From NCBI GenBank assembly GCA_965198115.1, contig OZ240241.1, forward strand, positions 2,048,001-2,112,000: a stretch of DNA of 64,000 bases, written 5' to 3'. The position numbers and the translations under genes are program-made. This document shows positions 31,198 through 42,686 of this stretch, piece by piece; position 1 is the first letter of the stretch; each line of letters begins with the position of its first letter. This DNA is from Candidatus Latescibacterota bacterium. Lineage in GTDB: Bacteria; Latescibacterota; UBA2968. The notes under the pieces are model-generated. The model was not told the origin of the DNA. It did not search any database and worked only from the letters and a program-made list of their open reading frames with translations.

Positions 31198-32039
31198 TCG
31201 GGAAACCGATCGCTTAGGGTCCAGGGGTAGCGTGGTTCATAACCGAACGCCTCCCGCGCCCGCTCGCAGCTGAGTGGAGCCTTCCAGTCGTCCTGTGTCC
31301 GTACCTCGACTGCCTCGTCGTAGTAGGCCGCGAGCAGTTCCGGGACGGGCGTGTTCAGCACGATTCGGGGTCCGGTGATGTTGTAGGGACCGGGCTCCAC
31401 GCCGTCGGCCTCGACGGCCAGCCGACAGGCCATTGCCGCGTCGCGTGCGTCCGTCCGTGTCCAGAACTGTCTCCTCGCCGCCCTTAGGTCTTCCGTCATT
31501 TTCTCGATCTGCTCATCCAGATCCGCAGGCATCCTGACGCCTTGAAAGCGGAAGGACAGGATCGTCACCCCGAATCTGCGCGAGAAATACTCGGCCGCAC
31601 TCTCTCCCGCCACTTTCGAAAGCGCATAGCAGTTGATCGGGTTAAGGGGATGTCCCTCGTCGACCCTCACGTATTCCGGAGCGTGTTCGTGGAAGCCGTA
31701 GACCTGTGCGCTCGACGCCGAGACGACGCGGTCGATCCCGAGATCCGCGCAAGCTTGAAACAGGTTGAACGTTCCTCGAACGTTGTCACCGTAGGTTTTC
31801 GTATCGGGAACGACACCGGGGTTCGCCCAGGCGCCCATATGGACGACGGCGTCCGTTCGGAACCCCCCGAGTGCGCCTGAGACCTGGCCTGCCTCAGTGA
31901 GGTCGACCCGCATCGTTCGGGTCGTATCCGACGGCGGGGGCAACACATCCACACTGAGGACCTCGTGCCCGGCCGTCACGAGGTCCCTGACGATGTAGCG
32001 TCCGATCTGTCCTCTGCTTCCGGTGACGACGACTCTCAT
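31194..32039 (-). CDS. NAD-dependent epimerase/dehydratase
   Basis: VTGSRGQIG and YALSK motifs. Confidence 0.88.
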   Translation of the reverse strand: MRVVVTGSRGQIGRYIVRDLVTAGHEVLSVDVLPPPSDTTRTMRVDLTEAGQVSGALGGFRTDAVVHMGAWANPGVVPDTKTYGDNVRGTFNLFQACADLGIDRVVSASSAQVYGFHEHAPEYVRVDEGHPLNPINCYALSKVAGESAAEYFSRRFGVTILSFRFQGVRMPADLDEQIEKMTEDLRAARRQFWTRTDARDAAMACRLAVEADGVEPGPYNITGPRIVLNTPVPELLAAYYDEAVEVRTQDDWKAPLSCERAREAFGYEPRYPWTLSDRFPE

Positions 32040-32145
32040 ACGCTCCAGTCTGATGTCGAATCACACAACCGGACAATATACCGGCGGCTGTCCGAAAGGT
32101 CGACCTTGCGGTCGGAAGCCCGCCGAGCCATCTTGGCGTTCACCT

Positions 32146-33663
32146 GTGCCAGCGCCACACACCATCCAGTACCCCGCGTATCGCCAATCCGTCATGGGTC
32201 GAAACGGGGTCGTCACCTCGGGTCATCCCCTGGCCTCGCAGGCCGGCATCCGAATCCTTCAGGCGGGCGGAAGCCTGATCGACGCGACCGGTCCCGCCCC
32301 CGGCGGCGCCACGCGCGATTTCTACGTCGATCGCGGCGGCATACCGATGAAGGGCATCCTGAGCGTCTCCGTGCCCGGTATCGTGGACGGGTGGCTCCTG
32401 GCGCACGAGCGATTCGGGAAGCTGCCGTTGACCGAGGTCTTCGCCCCGGCCATCGAACTCTGTGAAGACGGATTCCCCGTCAGTCACAAACTCGCCTCGT
32501 CTCTCGCCTCGGAACACGAGCGATTCTCTTCCGATCCGTATACCGCCGCTATCTTCGAACCGAAGGGCCAGTCCCTCAAAGGCGGCGAGCTCCTCATCCA
32601 GCGCAATCTTGGCAACACTTTCCGACAGATCGCCGAGCACGGTCGCGCTGCCCTCTACGAGGGCGACATCGCCCGCCAGATCGGGGAGTTCAGCCGTGAG
32701 TACGACGGTCTGATCACCGAGGAAGATCTCGGATCTTTTCACGCGAGATGGGACGACCCCATCCACACCGATTACCACGGCCATCGCGTCTACGAGATGC
32801 CGCCCAACTCAAGCGGACACATCCTCCTTCAGGAGTTGAACATCGTCGAGTGTTTCGACCTGGCCTCCTTCGGCTGTAGCACAACCGAGAGCATCCATCT
32901 GATGGTCGAAGCCAAGAAGCTGGCGTTCGCTGACCGTGAAGCCTACGTCGCCGACCCGGATCATCTCGACATCCCGATCCAGGGTCTTCTGTCTAAGGAC
33001 TACGCCAAAGAGCGCGCGAGCGAGATCGACTTCGACCGGGCAAAACAGGACGTGCCGGCCGGGCTCCCGGAAGCCCACGAAGACACCACCTGCTTCACGG
33101 TCGCCGATGGTCACGGAAACGTGGCTTGTGTGCTTCAGAGTATCCAGTCCGGATTCGGGTCGAGTCTAATCGCGGGCGAGACGGGCATCCTCCTCAACAA
33201 CAGAATGACGTACTGGCACCTCGACGAGGGTCACCCTAACTGCCTGGCGCCGGGTCATCGTGTCCGCCACACGATGAACCCCGTCATCGCGACGCGCGAC
33301 GGCAAGCCAGCGATCGTCTGCGGCACACCCGGCGCTGACACACAGGTTCAGACGAACCTTCAACTCCTTACTCACGCCATCCATTTCGGAATGAGCTCGC
33401 AAGAAGCAGTCGAGGCGCCACGTTGGCGGTCGCAACAGAACCCGATGGAGTCGACCGTCCCCCACACCTGCGAGAACGTCCTGCAGGTCGAAACGCGCTT
33501 CGACGAGTCGGTCTTCGAGGGCCTCGAGTCACGCGGACACGAGCTCCGCCGCGTCGGGGATTGGGGCGGCCCGGGCAATGCTCAGATGATCCAACGAGAC
33601 GGAAGCGGCGTTCTTTCCGGCGGGGTCGATCCACGACGCGACGGTTACGTCGTCGCGTATTGA
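32146..33663 (+). CDS. ggt: Gamma-glutamyltransferase family protein (apparent internal deletion near the N-terminus)
   Basis: HPLASQAG, VPGIVDGW, PPNSSG, DTT cleavage site, LNNR and GTPGA motifs. Confidence 0.85.
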   Translation: MPAPHTIQYPAYRQSVMGRNGVVTSGHPLASQAGIRILQAGGSLIDATGPAPGGATRDFYVDRGGIPMKGILSVSVPGIVDGWLLAHERFGKLPLTEVFAPAIELCEDGFPVSHKLASSLASEHERFSSDPYTAAIFEPKGQSLKGGELLIQRNLGNTFRQIAEHGRAALYEGDIARQIGEFSREYDGLITEEDLGSFHARWDDPIHTDYHGHRVYEMPPNSSGHILLQELNIVECFDLASFGCSTTESIHLMVEAKKLAFADREAYVADPDHLDIPIQGLLSKDYAKERASEIDFDRAKQDVPAGLPEAHEDTTCFTVADGHGNVACVLQSIQSGFGSSLIAGETGILLNNRMTYWHLDEGHPNCLAPGHRVRHTMNPVIATRDGKPAIVCGTPGADTQVQTNLQLLTHAIHFGMSSQEAVEAPRWRSQQNPMESTVPHTCENVLQVETRFDESVFEGLESRGHELRRVGDWGGPGNAQMIQRDGSGVLSGGVDPRRDGYVVAY

Positions 33664-33781
33664 ATGATCTGATTGTTGCGGTGACGTATTCTGGAAATCC
33701 ACTTGCTTCTGGGTCGGTCATCCTACTCAGGATGATCGATCGGCGATCGCCGAAGGAATACGTGCGAAGGGATGCACAGGA

Positions 33782-34657
33782 ATGTCAAATCGATTTGAAG
33801 ATGCTGTACAGGCTGTAATCGATGGTGACGGGGAGACGCTAAAGGGTCTGCTCGGCGAGGACCGCGACCTCGTTCACGCTCGCTCCACGAGGAAACACAG
33901 GGCCACGCTACTCCACTACGTCGGCGCAAACGGCGTGGAAAACGAAAACCAGCGAACCCCGCCCAACGCCGTCGAGATCTGTCGCATCCTGCTGGAAGCC
34001 GGTGCAAAACCCGACGCGACCGCGGATATCTACGGGAAAGGTTCGATGACGATGGGGCTCCTCGTCACGAGCATCCATCCGTGTCTCGCACACGTCCAGG
34101 GCGATCTCGTCCGCGAGCTCGTCCGTGGGGGAGCGGCCGTCGATGGCCCCCAGAACGACGGCAACCCTCTCCACGCGGCAATCAGTTTCGGTTACGAGGA
34201 CGCCGTGGACGCGCTCCACGAGTGCGGGGCCCGGATCTCGAACCTGATCGAGGCAGCAGCTGTGGGAGATCTCGAACGGGTAGAAGACGAGGCGGGCAAC
34301 GTCGATCCGAGCGCGGTCGATATCCCGTGGGGGTCACACGAAAATCGATTCGCGTGGCCACCGCCGGCCGGTCGCGATCCCAAAGCTGTGGCGTTGGGCT
34401 ACGCCAGCAGAATGGACCGTCTGCCCGTCATCGAATTTCTACTCGGGTTCGGCGTCGACGTCAATGCGAAGCTCGCCAGCAACGACACGCCGCTCCACTG
34501 GGCCGGCTTTTACCACAGCAACGCGGCTATTCCGGTCCTGCTCGACAACGGGGCCGATATCGACCTCGAGAACAGCGATGGAAAGACCGCGCTTCAACTG
34601 ACCGAACAGAGTGGGAACGAAAAAGGCGCGGACATCATCGCCCGCGCCTCGTCGTGA
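33782..34657 (+). CDS. Ankyrin repeat protein
   Basis: NPLHAA, DTPLHWAG and GKTALQ repeats. Confidence 0.88.
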   Translation: MSNRFEDAVQAVIDGDGETLKGLLGEDRDLVHARSTRKHRATLLHYVGANGVENENQRTPPNAVEICRILLEAGAKPDATADIYGKGSMTMGLLVTSIHPCLAHVQGDLVRELVRGGAAVDGPQNDGNPLHAAISFGYEDAVDALHECGARISNLIEAAAVGDLERVEDEAGNVDPSAVDIPWGSHENRFAWPPPAGRDPKAVALGYASRMDRLPVIEFLLGFGVDVNAKLASNDTPLHWAGFYHSNAAIPVLLDNGADIDLENSDGKTALQLTEQSGNEKGADIIARASS

Positions 34658-34673
34658 TTCGGTCCCAGTCTCT

Positions 34674-35483
34674 TCACGCTTCGGCAACCGCCACGCTCTC
34701 TGGATCCATCGCCCCTTCGCCGAAAATCAGCGAAAAGGTATCCCCTCGCTCCGAAACCGTATTCGCATCCATATAGCACACACTGAACGCCCGCCTCGGG
34801 ATCTCCGACTGATTGTCCTCCGAGCTATGTAACATCCAGTTGTGGAGCAGAACCGCCTCACCGGCCTTCAGCTCCAGAAACTGGGGCGTATGTTCCTCAG
34901 CCAGCTTGTCCATCATCTCCTGCGTGAGGAACCCCGACCCGGCCTCGGGATTCAGCAACGTGTGATGTGAGCGTGGCACGATCTTGACACACCCATTCGC
35001 GATCGTCGAATCGTTCAGCGCCAGCCAGATCGTAATTTGGGGGTCGCGGTCCAGATCGGTCCATCGATCCTGATGCCATTGCAGCGGCGTACCCAAGCCG
35101 GCCGGCTTGTTCATGAACATCGCTCTGAAGCAGGCCACAGGATGACCCTTCCCGTAGACTCGCTCGCAGATGTGTTCGAACAGGGGCTGTTGCGCATACC
35201 GCAGAAAAACCGGATCGAACTCCAGATCCTGGATCTTGCGATACGCCAGCGTCGCCCCCTTGTGCCCTTTTGATTGCGGCCCGGGTTTTCCGGGGTCTCG
35301 CTCCGGGTCGCGATCGAGCTGGAACAGCATTCGCCCGTAGTCGACATCGGCCTTACCCAGCATAATGTCGTCCATCCGCGTGCTGATCTCTTCCAGCCCC
35401 ACGTCATCCAGGACTCGTCCCAATCGCAAGTATCCCTCGAGCTGGAACTCTTCCCACTGTGATTCAGTCAACGCTTCTTGCAT
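34674..35483 (-). CDS. Phytanoyl-CoA dioxygenase (PhyH) family protein
   Basis: WHQD, NGC and H...N...RR motifs. Confidence 0.9.
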   Translation of the reverse strand: MQEALTESQWEEFQLEGYLRLGRVLDDVGLEEISTRMDDIMLGKADVDYGRMLFQLDRDPERDPGKPGPQSKGHKGATLAYRKIQDLEFDPVFLRYAQQPLFEHICERVYGKGHPVACFRAMFMNKPAGLGTPLQWHQDRWTDLDRDPQITIWLALNDSTIANGCVKIVPRSHHTLLNPEAGSGFLTQEMMDKLAEEHTPQFLELKAGEAVLLHNWMLHSSEDNQSEIPRRAFSVCYMDANTVSERGDTFSLIFGEGAMDPESVAVAEA

Positions 35484-35540
35484 ATCACCCTCGAATCTCG
35501 TTTTCGCAGTAAATCGCGCAGCTCATTCCGAGGACCAACA

Positions 35541-35560
35541 CTTCGACTTCGCTCAGGACG
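35541..35560 (-). repeat. REP-like element
   Basis: Reverse complement CGTCCTGAGCGAAGTCGAAG closely matches 28100-28120. Confidence 0.6.
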
Positions 35561-35614
35561 GGCTCGCGCTCAGTGTGACGGTATCGCTACCATCGGCGAC
35601 GAGAATCTGGAGCG

Positions 35615-37028
35615 TCAGCGAGCCGTGTAATCTGCCCCCAACACACACTGCCTACCGTCACGTTCAAGCAACGCCGTCCTGGCCAAACCGTGAATTAAAA
35701 AGCTCGGGCCCATTTGCGACTTGTACCAGTCGATCCCCGCCGCGCCACGTGGCAGGGGAATACGTGTTTCGAAATAGACGTTACACAAAGTTTGGGCAAG
35801 ATCGCGGGCGCCGTCCAGCCATTCCTTGCGTCCCGTCCGCTCATAGAGATCAGTCAAAAGGCTGAGTCCCAGCCCAGCATCCATCGCTGGAACCGCCACA
35901 TCGTCTGGAAACGTCTCATCGCAGTAGCCGTGCCCAACAGATTCCGCAAAGCAGCAACAGCCGTGGGTCCTCTGTCAGACCGAAACCGCAAAGGCACGTC
36001 AACGCGACATGGGACGCCGGCCAAACGCCGTAGACGCTACCCCATATCGGGCACGTCTGTCGGATCTCTTCGCTTCCTCGCTGGCACGAAAGGACATAGA
36101 CGCCAGAGTCGAGATCGTGTGGTACAGCGAAGAAGCCGTTGATATAGGCGGCTCCCCGATCGCGCATCGATCCTGCCAGATCGGGTGCCCGCACTTCCAC
36201 AAGGGGAGCGGCTTCCCAGAGGCTGACGCCCAACGACAACGTCTGCCCCGGTGCGTTGACGCCATAGAAATTGGCCGCCTCTTTCGGCGAACGGCTCTCC
36301 GTCAACAGCAGAGCGCGATCATCACGCCGCAACCACCAGTAGTCGAGCATCCGTTCGATTCGTGACGCGAAATCCTCACGTCCCGTCTTCCCATAAAGGA
36401 ATGCCCAGTCGAAGATGTAGAACCCGCTGTGACGCGGAAAATCGCACGATCGATCACCCCGCGGGTATGGACGTTTTTCCTCGATGTAGGCGTGGCGGAT
36501 GTATTCGTCCGGCTCACCCTCCGTCCAATGGCCATCGAGCCCTTCGCCAAACCGGACCACACTGTCGGGCTTGAATCCATACAGCTTTTCCAACAGCCAC
36601 AACGGCGCCTGTCTCAGATGGTCGTGGGTCGAGGGCGTCGTGCGCCCGCGCGACTCGGCACTGTTCCCCACCCGGTCCTCGACCAGATGCCAGTAGGCGT
36701 GCTCACCCCAGGGCAAGATGCCTGTGCACGTTTTGGCACAGTGCGTGGCGAATCGTTGCAAGTAGCGATCGGCAGCCTCAGCGTAGTCCCCCCGCCCATC
36801 CGACTCGGCCAGCGTGTACATCGTCTTCAGCAGCGCCTCGTCGTGGATCAAGTTGCTGCCCAGGTGCGAACGATCGCCGTCGCGCTGGCCGTCGATCGCA
36901 GGTGGCAGATCGCGCATCATCTCTTCGGACTGGCGATCGATGATCGACGGAAAAAGCCCATCATACGCGCCACCCAGGTTCACGAGTGCATCGACCGCGT
37001 CCGTGACTCGAGACAGGATGTAGGTCAT
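35615..37028 (-). CDS. Hypothetical alpha/alpha-toroid-like protein (frameshift near 35930)
   Basis: ORF 35916..37046 plus ORF 35615..35899; LPWGEHAYW and DFPRHSG motifs. Confidence 0.65.
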
Positions 37029-37824
37029 CGCGGTAGGTCGAGCCAATAGTCACGCCACTTCTTGTAGCCTGTTTCGACGGCCTCGATCTGCGGCACTTCG
37101 TATTCGAGCGCGTACTCCCCGGTGTAACCCAGCTCCTCTACCTGATCGTAGACCCAGAGGAAATCGATCTCATCCTCGCCCAGCATCGTTCGGGCCCATT
37201 TCCCGTTGGCGCCGTAGGCGCCATCCTTCACGTGTACGTGTACGACGTAGTCCCGCAGGAATCGAACGCCTCCTTGTAATCAGTCCCGGTGGCCATCAGA
37301 TTGCACGGCTCGTACAGAATGCCGAAGTGCTCCGATCCCACCTTCTGGCAGATCTCCAGGCAAACCTCCGGATTCCCAGAGATCTCCGTTCCGTGGTTCT
37401 CGATCCCCAGGTAGACTCCGATCGCCTCCGCCATCTCCGCAGACTGTTGAAAGGGTGGCACGAGTGTATCGATCTCCTCGCGCTTCCCGTTCCCGGGAAC
37501 CACGCGAACCGTTCGAGCCCCGAATCGCTTCGCGGCCTCGAGGGTCAGCTCCATCTCCCGCATCGCTTCCTCGCGCACGTCCACTTCCTAGGCCGAAAAC
37601 CCGCGGCCACAGTAGGAGCCGAGATTGGCGACGCGAATGCCGTGGTCTTCGCAACAGCGTTCGAGATTGACCACATCGTAGTCCGGATCTGTCACCGAGA
37701 AGTGCGGCATTCGTGCGAGTAAGTCGACCTGGTCGTAACCCGCCTCCTTGATGACACGGAACGTGTACTCGAGTGGTTGTTCCCTGAGGGGATTCGTGCA
37801 AGCGGATAGTCTGTCAGCGTTCAT
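37025..37824 (-). CDS. Sugar phosphate isomerase/epimerase (TIM barrel), interrupted
   Basis: Three collinear pieces carrying IENHG, HVKD and ALEYE; breaks near 37590 and 37250. Confidence 0.78.
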
Positions 37825-37879
37825 CCCGTTCTCGATTGGGTATATGGATGGCTACCGAGGGAAAATGAGGTGCCGGACA

Positions 37880-38839
37880 TCAGGCATAGAGCGTCTGCGT
37901 GGGAACGGCCGAAATCTCGTCCAGGTCGGCCCGGTGATCGGGGCCGAGCGCCCACCCGAGCCCGCCGCACGCTTCATCGGAATGCTCGATCGTATCGGGC
38001 CCGAGGATCGGACTCGTGATCTCAGGATGGTCGAGAATCCACGCGATCGCTACCTGTGCGGCGGTCTTACCGATCTCCTTGCCGATATCGATCAATTTCT
38101 GGATCACCGCGTCCGACTGCTCGCTCATCGTTGCTTCGTAGCGCTCGGCGGTTTTATCCCACGGCGTGCCCTGGGGCCGGTCCGCACCCCTTCGGAACAG
38201 ACCCGTCAGCAACCCCACGGCCAACGGACTGAAGGTCATGATCCCGATTCCGTACTGGCGGCACAGGTCGAACATATCGCCTTCCACCACGTATCGCTGC
38301 AGGAGATTGTAAGGCGACTGCGTGACGATGAAGGGTGCCAGCCCCTCGGCCTTTTGTATGCCCAGATGCTCCATGAAACGCCAGGGGGGATGGTTGCAAC
38401 TTCCCGCGTAGATGATTTTTCCCTGTCGGACGAGCTGATCCATCGCCCGGAGAATCTCCTCCGAAGGCGTCTCCGTGTCGACGTTGTGAAGGAGATAGAC
38501 GTCGATGCGATCGGTGTTAAGCCGTTCGAGACTGCGCTCGCATTCCCGCACGATGGCGTATCGGGACAGTCCCCGGTCGTTCGGCCCATCGCCGATGGGG
38601 CTGCAGACCTTCGAGGTGATCACGAGATCATCCCGATGCCCCGCGATGGCGCGCCCTAGAAACCGCTCCGAGCGCCCGAGTCCATAGAAATTCGCGCAGT
38701 CGAAGAAGTTGATTCCCTGATCGATCGCTCTGCGGATAACCTCCTCGCAGACGGCGTCGTCCTTCTGGCCCCTGAACGCAGTACCCAGGCAAAGACGTGA
38801 AACCTTCACACCCGCCGATCCAAGCTTTTTGTATTCCAT
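37880..38839 (-). CDS. Aldo/keto reductase
   Basis: VSRLCLGT, FDCANFYG, SLERLNTDRIDVY and SPLAVGLL motifs. Confidence 0.92.
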   Translation of the reverse strand: MEYKKLGSAGVKVSRLCLGTAFRGQKDDAVCEEVIRRAIDQGINFFDCANFYGLGRSERFLGRAIAGHRDDLVITSKVCSPIGDGPNDRGLSRYAIVRECERSLERLNTDRIDVYLLHNVDTETPSEEILRAMDQLVRQGKIIYAGSCNHPPWRFMEHLGIQKAEGLAPFIVTQSPYNLLQRYVVEGDMFDLCRQYGIGIMTFSPLAVGLLTGLFRRGADRPQGTPWDKTAERYEATMSEQSDAVIQKLIDIGKEIGKTAAQVAIAWILDHPEITSPILGPDTIEHSDEACGGLGWALGPDHRADLDEISAVPTQTLYA

Positions 38840-39018
38840 CCGCTGTCTCCGGTGTTGCAACACGTCTCCTCGTTCCACGGCTCTGCCGTGGAACGCACAT
38901 CGCATCGGGCACTAATATCGTTCTTCATTCAAGCCCGTAACAGTGCCCCCGGGCGGAGCCCAGGGGCGAGCGCCCATTCTCTCGTTCCTATTATTTATGA
39001 GAGCGGGGGGATAACGCT

Positions 39019-39043
39019 CGTCCCCGTGCTCTGCACGGGGACG
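39019..39043. repeat. REP-like perfect hairpin
   Basis: CGTCCCCGTGC-TCT-GCACGGGGACG. Confidence 0.6.
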
Positions 39044-39052
39044 CTATGCACC

Positions 39053-40528
39053 TTACGGCATCGGAACAGGTATCGGGTCCTCCGTGGCAATCGACCAACC
39101 CGCCAACCTCAACCGCATCTCCCTCACCACGCGGATGTGAGTCGGATCGTCCACCACATTCACGAGCTCCCACGGATCGTTCACCAGGTCATACAGTTCG
39201 TCCTCGGATGAACCCATCATAGCATCGTGTACGTATTTCCACTCGGCAGTACGAACCATCTTCCGGCGCCCCTCCGCCTCGCGCCATTGTAGCGACGCAG
39301 CGATGGCTCGGCGCCCGTACGGCCTTTCCATCTTTTCCAGATCGCGAAGGGTGAACGGTGGTCCACCCGCACCGTACTCCGAAAACGTCGCGTCCCTCGG
39401 CGTGGCCGACGTCACCGTCGGCAAGGGCCGACCGTGCATCGAGCGTGGAACATCGAGACCCTGCAGGCTGAGCAGCGTCGGCACGATGTCGACCAGATTC
39501 GCCATACTCCCGTCTGTCACACCTTTTGGAATGTGGCCAGGCCACGACACGATGAGCGGGACACGCGTGAGGCAATCGTAGAAGGTCCCGCCCTTGCCCA
39601 TCGTATGATGCTCGCCCGCGTAGTCGCCGTGGTCGCTGCAGAACACAACGATCGTATCGTCTCGAAGGCCGTTGGCTTCCAGCGCATCCAGAATCTGGCC
39701 AATCCCGTCATCCAGGAACCTCACCATCGCGTGGTATACACCGACGACGGCTTTGATCTCCTCCTCGGGGTCGTCGACCAGCCCGATCATTTCATACAGC
39801 ACGCGGTTGCGTGCAGGCGAGGTCCCGTCCGTGAATTCATCGTCCCGCCACGGTGGCAGCTCTACGACGTCCGGTCCGAACATTTCCGCGTACTGTCTGG
39901 GAACCTCATAGAGCCCGTGTGGGTCCGGAATCGAAACCCAGAGCGCGAAGGGCTCATCTCGATGCTGCTCCAGAAAACGCACTGTCTGACCAGCCACAAG
40001 ACCTGTCGAATAATCCTCGAGTGGGTGGTCCGTGATCGCATACGAGAAGTGCGGGCTCACCGTCGGCATGTTTCGACGGGTCGCGTGGCCGGCATCGATC
40101 TCCTCTCTCGACCGAAACCACGGCATGCCTCTGTTGTCCGGCACGTCCTTCGAAATCCCTCCGTGCGTAATCTCACAATAAGTGTCGAACAACTCGATAT
40201 CGTCCGCCGTCTCGAAGCAGTGGTTCTTTCCGATCAGGGCCGTGTGATAGCCGGCCTCCTTCCACAGCTTGAACACGTGAGGGGCGTCGGCCGGCATGAG
40301 TGTCTGGTTTCGTCTTCCACCGTGTGTGTGAGGCCACTGCGACGTCCAGAACGAGATCCGCGCCGGCACACACAACGGATGGGGCGTCACCGCGTGCTCG
40401 AACCGCACACCCTGATGCGCCAACCGTTCCATCGACGGTGTCTCACAGAACGAAGATCCCCACAGATGACTGGCCGTCGCCTTCATCTGGTCGCACATAA
40501 TCACGATCACATTCGGCTTATCAGACAC
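39053..40528 (-). CDS. Cys-type sulfatase
   Basis: CVPAR, GKNH and SDHG motifs. Confidence 0.92.
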   Translation of the reverse strand: MSDKPNVIVIMCDQMKATASHLWGSSFCETPSMERLAHQGVRFEHAVTPHPLCVPARISFWTSQWPHTHGGRRNQTLMPADAPHVFKLWKEAGYHTALIGKNHCFETADDIELFDTYCEITHGGISKDVPDNRGMPWFRSREEIDAGHATRRNMPTVSPHFSYAITDHPLEDYSTGLVAGQTVRFLEQHRDEPFALWVSIPDPHGLYEVPRQYAEMFGPDVVELPPWRDDEFTDGTSPARNRVLYEMIGLVDDPEEEIKAVVGVYHAMVRFLDDGIGQILDALEANGLRDDTIVVFCSDHGDYAGEHHTMGKGGTFYDCLTRVPLIVSWPGHIPKGVTDGSMANLVDIVPTLLSLQGLDVPRSMHGRPLPTVTSATPRDATFSEYGAGGPPFTLRDLEKMERPYGRRAIAASLQWREAEGRRKMVRTAEWKYVHDAMMGSSEDELYDLVNDPWELVNVVDDPTHIRVVREMRLRLAGWSIATEDPIPVPMP

Positions 40529-40587
40529 GGAAACCTCTACGATTCGATTCCCTGTCCGCCGTAGCCTCGGGCATAGGCGGATCGATC

Positions 40588-42063
40588 TTAATCGCCAAGC
40601 TCGGGAAGAGGCACGGGCTCACCATCCTCCGCCCCAATGCTCCAGTCGGCGAGCCGCAACCTCGAATCGGCCAGGACCGAACCGTTCGCAGGTTCACCGA
40701 CGACGTTACTCAACTCCCACGGGTCGTTCTTCAAATCGTAAAGCTCGTCTTCCGACGATCCCTCCGTCGGATCGTGGACGTACTTCCAATCCCTCGTCCG
40801 AACCATTTTCCGACGTCCTTCCGCCTCGCGCCACTGGAGCGACTCGATCAACGTCTTCCGCCCCCAGGGTTTCTCCATCTGCTCCAGATCCGTCATCCTG
40901 AAGGCGGGTCCGCCTGCACCGTACTCGGAGAATGCGGCGTCCCGTGGAACGGTCTCCGTCACCGTCGGCAAAAGCTCCCCCTGCATCGATCTCGGAATGT
41001 CGATCCCCTGTAGATCGAACAGCGTCGGCACGATATCGAGCAGGGACACCATACTGTCGTCACGAACGCCCGTGATGACGTGTGATGGCCACGACACGAC
41101 CCGCGTCAGACAATCATAGAACGCGCCCCCCTTGCACTGCATCGCGTGTTCGCCCATAAAGTCGCCGTGATCGGAGCAGAAGACGACGATCGTGTTCTCC
41201 CGAAGGTGCAGACGCTCCAGCGCGTCGAGGATCTGCCCCACACTGTCGTCGACGAACCGTGTCATCGCGTGGTAGACACCCACGACATCCAGCACCTGTT
41301 CCATCGGATCGTCGCGAACCCCGAGCATCTCATAGAGGATGCGGTTTCGCTCTGGCGCCGTCCCGTCTGTGAACTCGTCATCCCGCCAGGGTGGCAACTC
41401 AACGGCATCACGAGAGAACAGGTCCGCGTATTCTCGTGGGCATTCCCACGGCTCGTGCGGGTCCGGGAACGATACCCAGAGTGCGAACGGTTCGTCCTGG
41501 TGCTCCTCGAGGAACCGGGCGGTCTGACCCGCAACGAGACCGCTCGTGTAGTCCCCGAGGGGAAAGTCAGTCACCCCGTAGGTAAACCGGGAATTTCCAT
41601 TGGGGAGGTTTCGACGACCCGCGTGACACGCATCGATCGATTCGACGGGTCGGAACCAATCCATGCCACGCGTCACCTCGCCTTTCGAAAGACCGCCGTG
41701 CCCGATCTCGCACCACGTGTCGAACAGGGCGAGATCCTCTTCGCGATCGAAGCAGTGGTTCTTCCCGATAAGTCCCACGTGATACCCTGCATTCTTCCAC
41801 AACCAGAAAGCGTGCGTCGCCCCTTCAGGCATCAGCGTCTGATTACGCCGACCGCCGTGCTGATGCGGATACTGGGACGTCCACAGCGACACGCGGGCCG
41901 GCGCGCACAGGGGGTGCGGCGTAATCGCGTGCTCGAACAACGTACCCTCGCGAGCCAGCCGCTCGAGCGACGGCGTTTCGCAAAACGGGTTGCCGTAGAG
42001 ATGGCTCGCGGTCGCCTTCATCTGATCGCAAAGGATCACGATGACATTGGGTTGATCAGCCAC
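40588..42063 (-). CDS. Cys-type sulfatase, tandem paralog of the previous gene
   Basis: CAPAR, GKNH and SDHG motifs; long blocks identical to 39053..40528. Confidence 0.92.
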   Translation of the reverse strand: MADQPNVIVILCDQMKATASHLYGNPFCETPSLERLAREGTLFEHAITPHPLCAPARVSLWTSQYPHQHGGRRNQTLMPEGATHAFWLWKNAGYHVGLIGKNHCFDREEDLALFDTWCEIGHGGLSKGEVTRGMDWFRPVESIDACHAGRRNLPNGNSRFTYGVTDFPLGDYTSGLVAGQTARFLEEHQDEPFALWVSFPDPHEPWECPREYADLFSRDAVELPPWRDDEFTDGTAPERNRILYEMLGVRDDPMEQVLDVVGVYHAMTRFVDDSVGQILDALERLHLRENTIVVFCSDHGDFMGEHAMQCKGGAFYDCLTRVVSWPSHVITGVRDDSMVSLLDIVPTLFDLQGIDIPRSMQGELLPTVTETVPRDAAFSEYGAGGPAFRMTDLEQMEKPWGRKTLIESLQWREAEGRRKMVRTRDWKYVHDPTEGSSEDELYDLKNDPWELSNVVGEPANGSVLADSRLRLADWSIGAEDGEPVPLPELGD

Positions 42064-42099
42064 GCTCTTCTCCAATCCTCGATTCTCGATGTTCGATTT

Positions 42100-42444
42100 T
42101 CAGATTCCCGGAAGCGCCCATTTGAACACGACGTCGAGAATCGAAATGAAGATCGAAGCAAGGATCGTACTTCGAAAGCTCTCGATCTCGAACCCCTCGA
42201 TCAGCTTGTCGGTCAGCCATAGAAAGAACGCGTTGATCACAACCAGAAAAAGACCAAGGGTGATGAAGATGAGCGGAAAGGAGACCATCACGAGTATCCA
42301 GCGGAACAGATACTTCAAAACGCCGTAGACAATCGCGACACCCACAGCCGTATTGAACCCACGAACGTGCACCGTCGGCATCAGCTTCGCAACGACGAAC
42401 ACCGACAGACTATACGCCAGAACGAGCATCGCAACACCGGTCAC
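42100..42444 (-). CDS. YvlD/phage-holin-4-like membrane protein
   Basis: PLIFITLGLFLVVINA motif; four TM segments. Confidence 0.85.
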   Translation of the reverse strand: MTGVAMLVLAYSLSVFVVAKLMPTVHVRGFNTAVGVAIVYGVLKYLFRWILVMVSFPLIFITLGLFLVVINAFFLWLTDKLIEGFEIESFRSTILASIFISILDVVFKWALPGI

Positions 42445-42686
42445 CGTGCCTCCCCAATTACGCTCGGCCGTTCAGCCAAGCCGTTGCTTTCGATTTTGGA
42501 TCCTCATCGTTTGAGTGAGGATCGTTAAGAATCCAAGCGCTCCTAGAGACCGTTGAACCAGCCCGTCCCCCACGCAATGGCGGCCCAGGTAGAGGCGGCA
42601 ACGAGCAACTCAGCTGTTTCACATTCAGACCCCGGGTCATCACCACGGCCGTCACTTACCCGGATCGTACTGCCGGCGTGGGCCAC

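Noticed and set aside
42100-42444. Holin as evidence of a prophage
   Set aside because: This family is commonly chromosomal and there are no phage genes nearby
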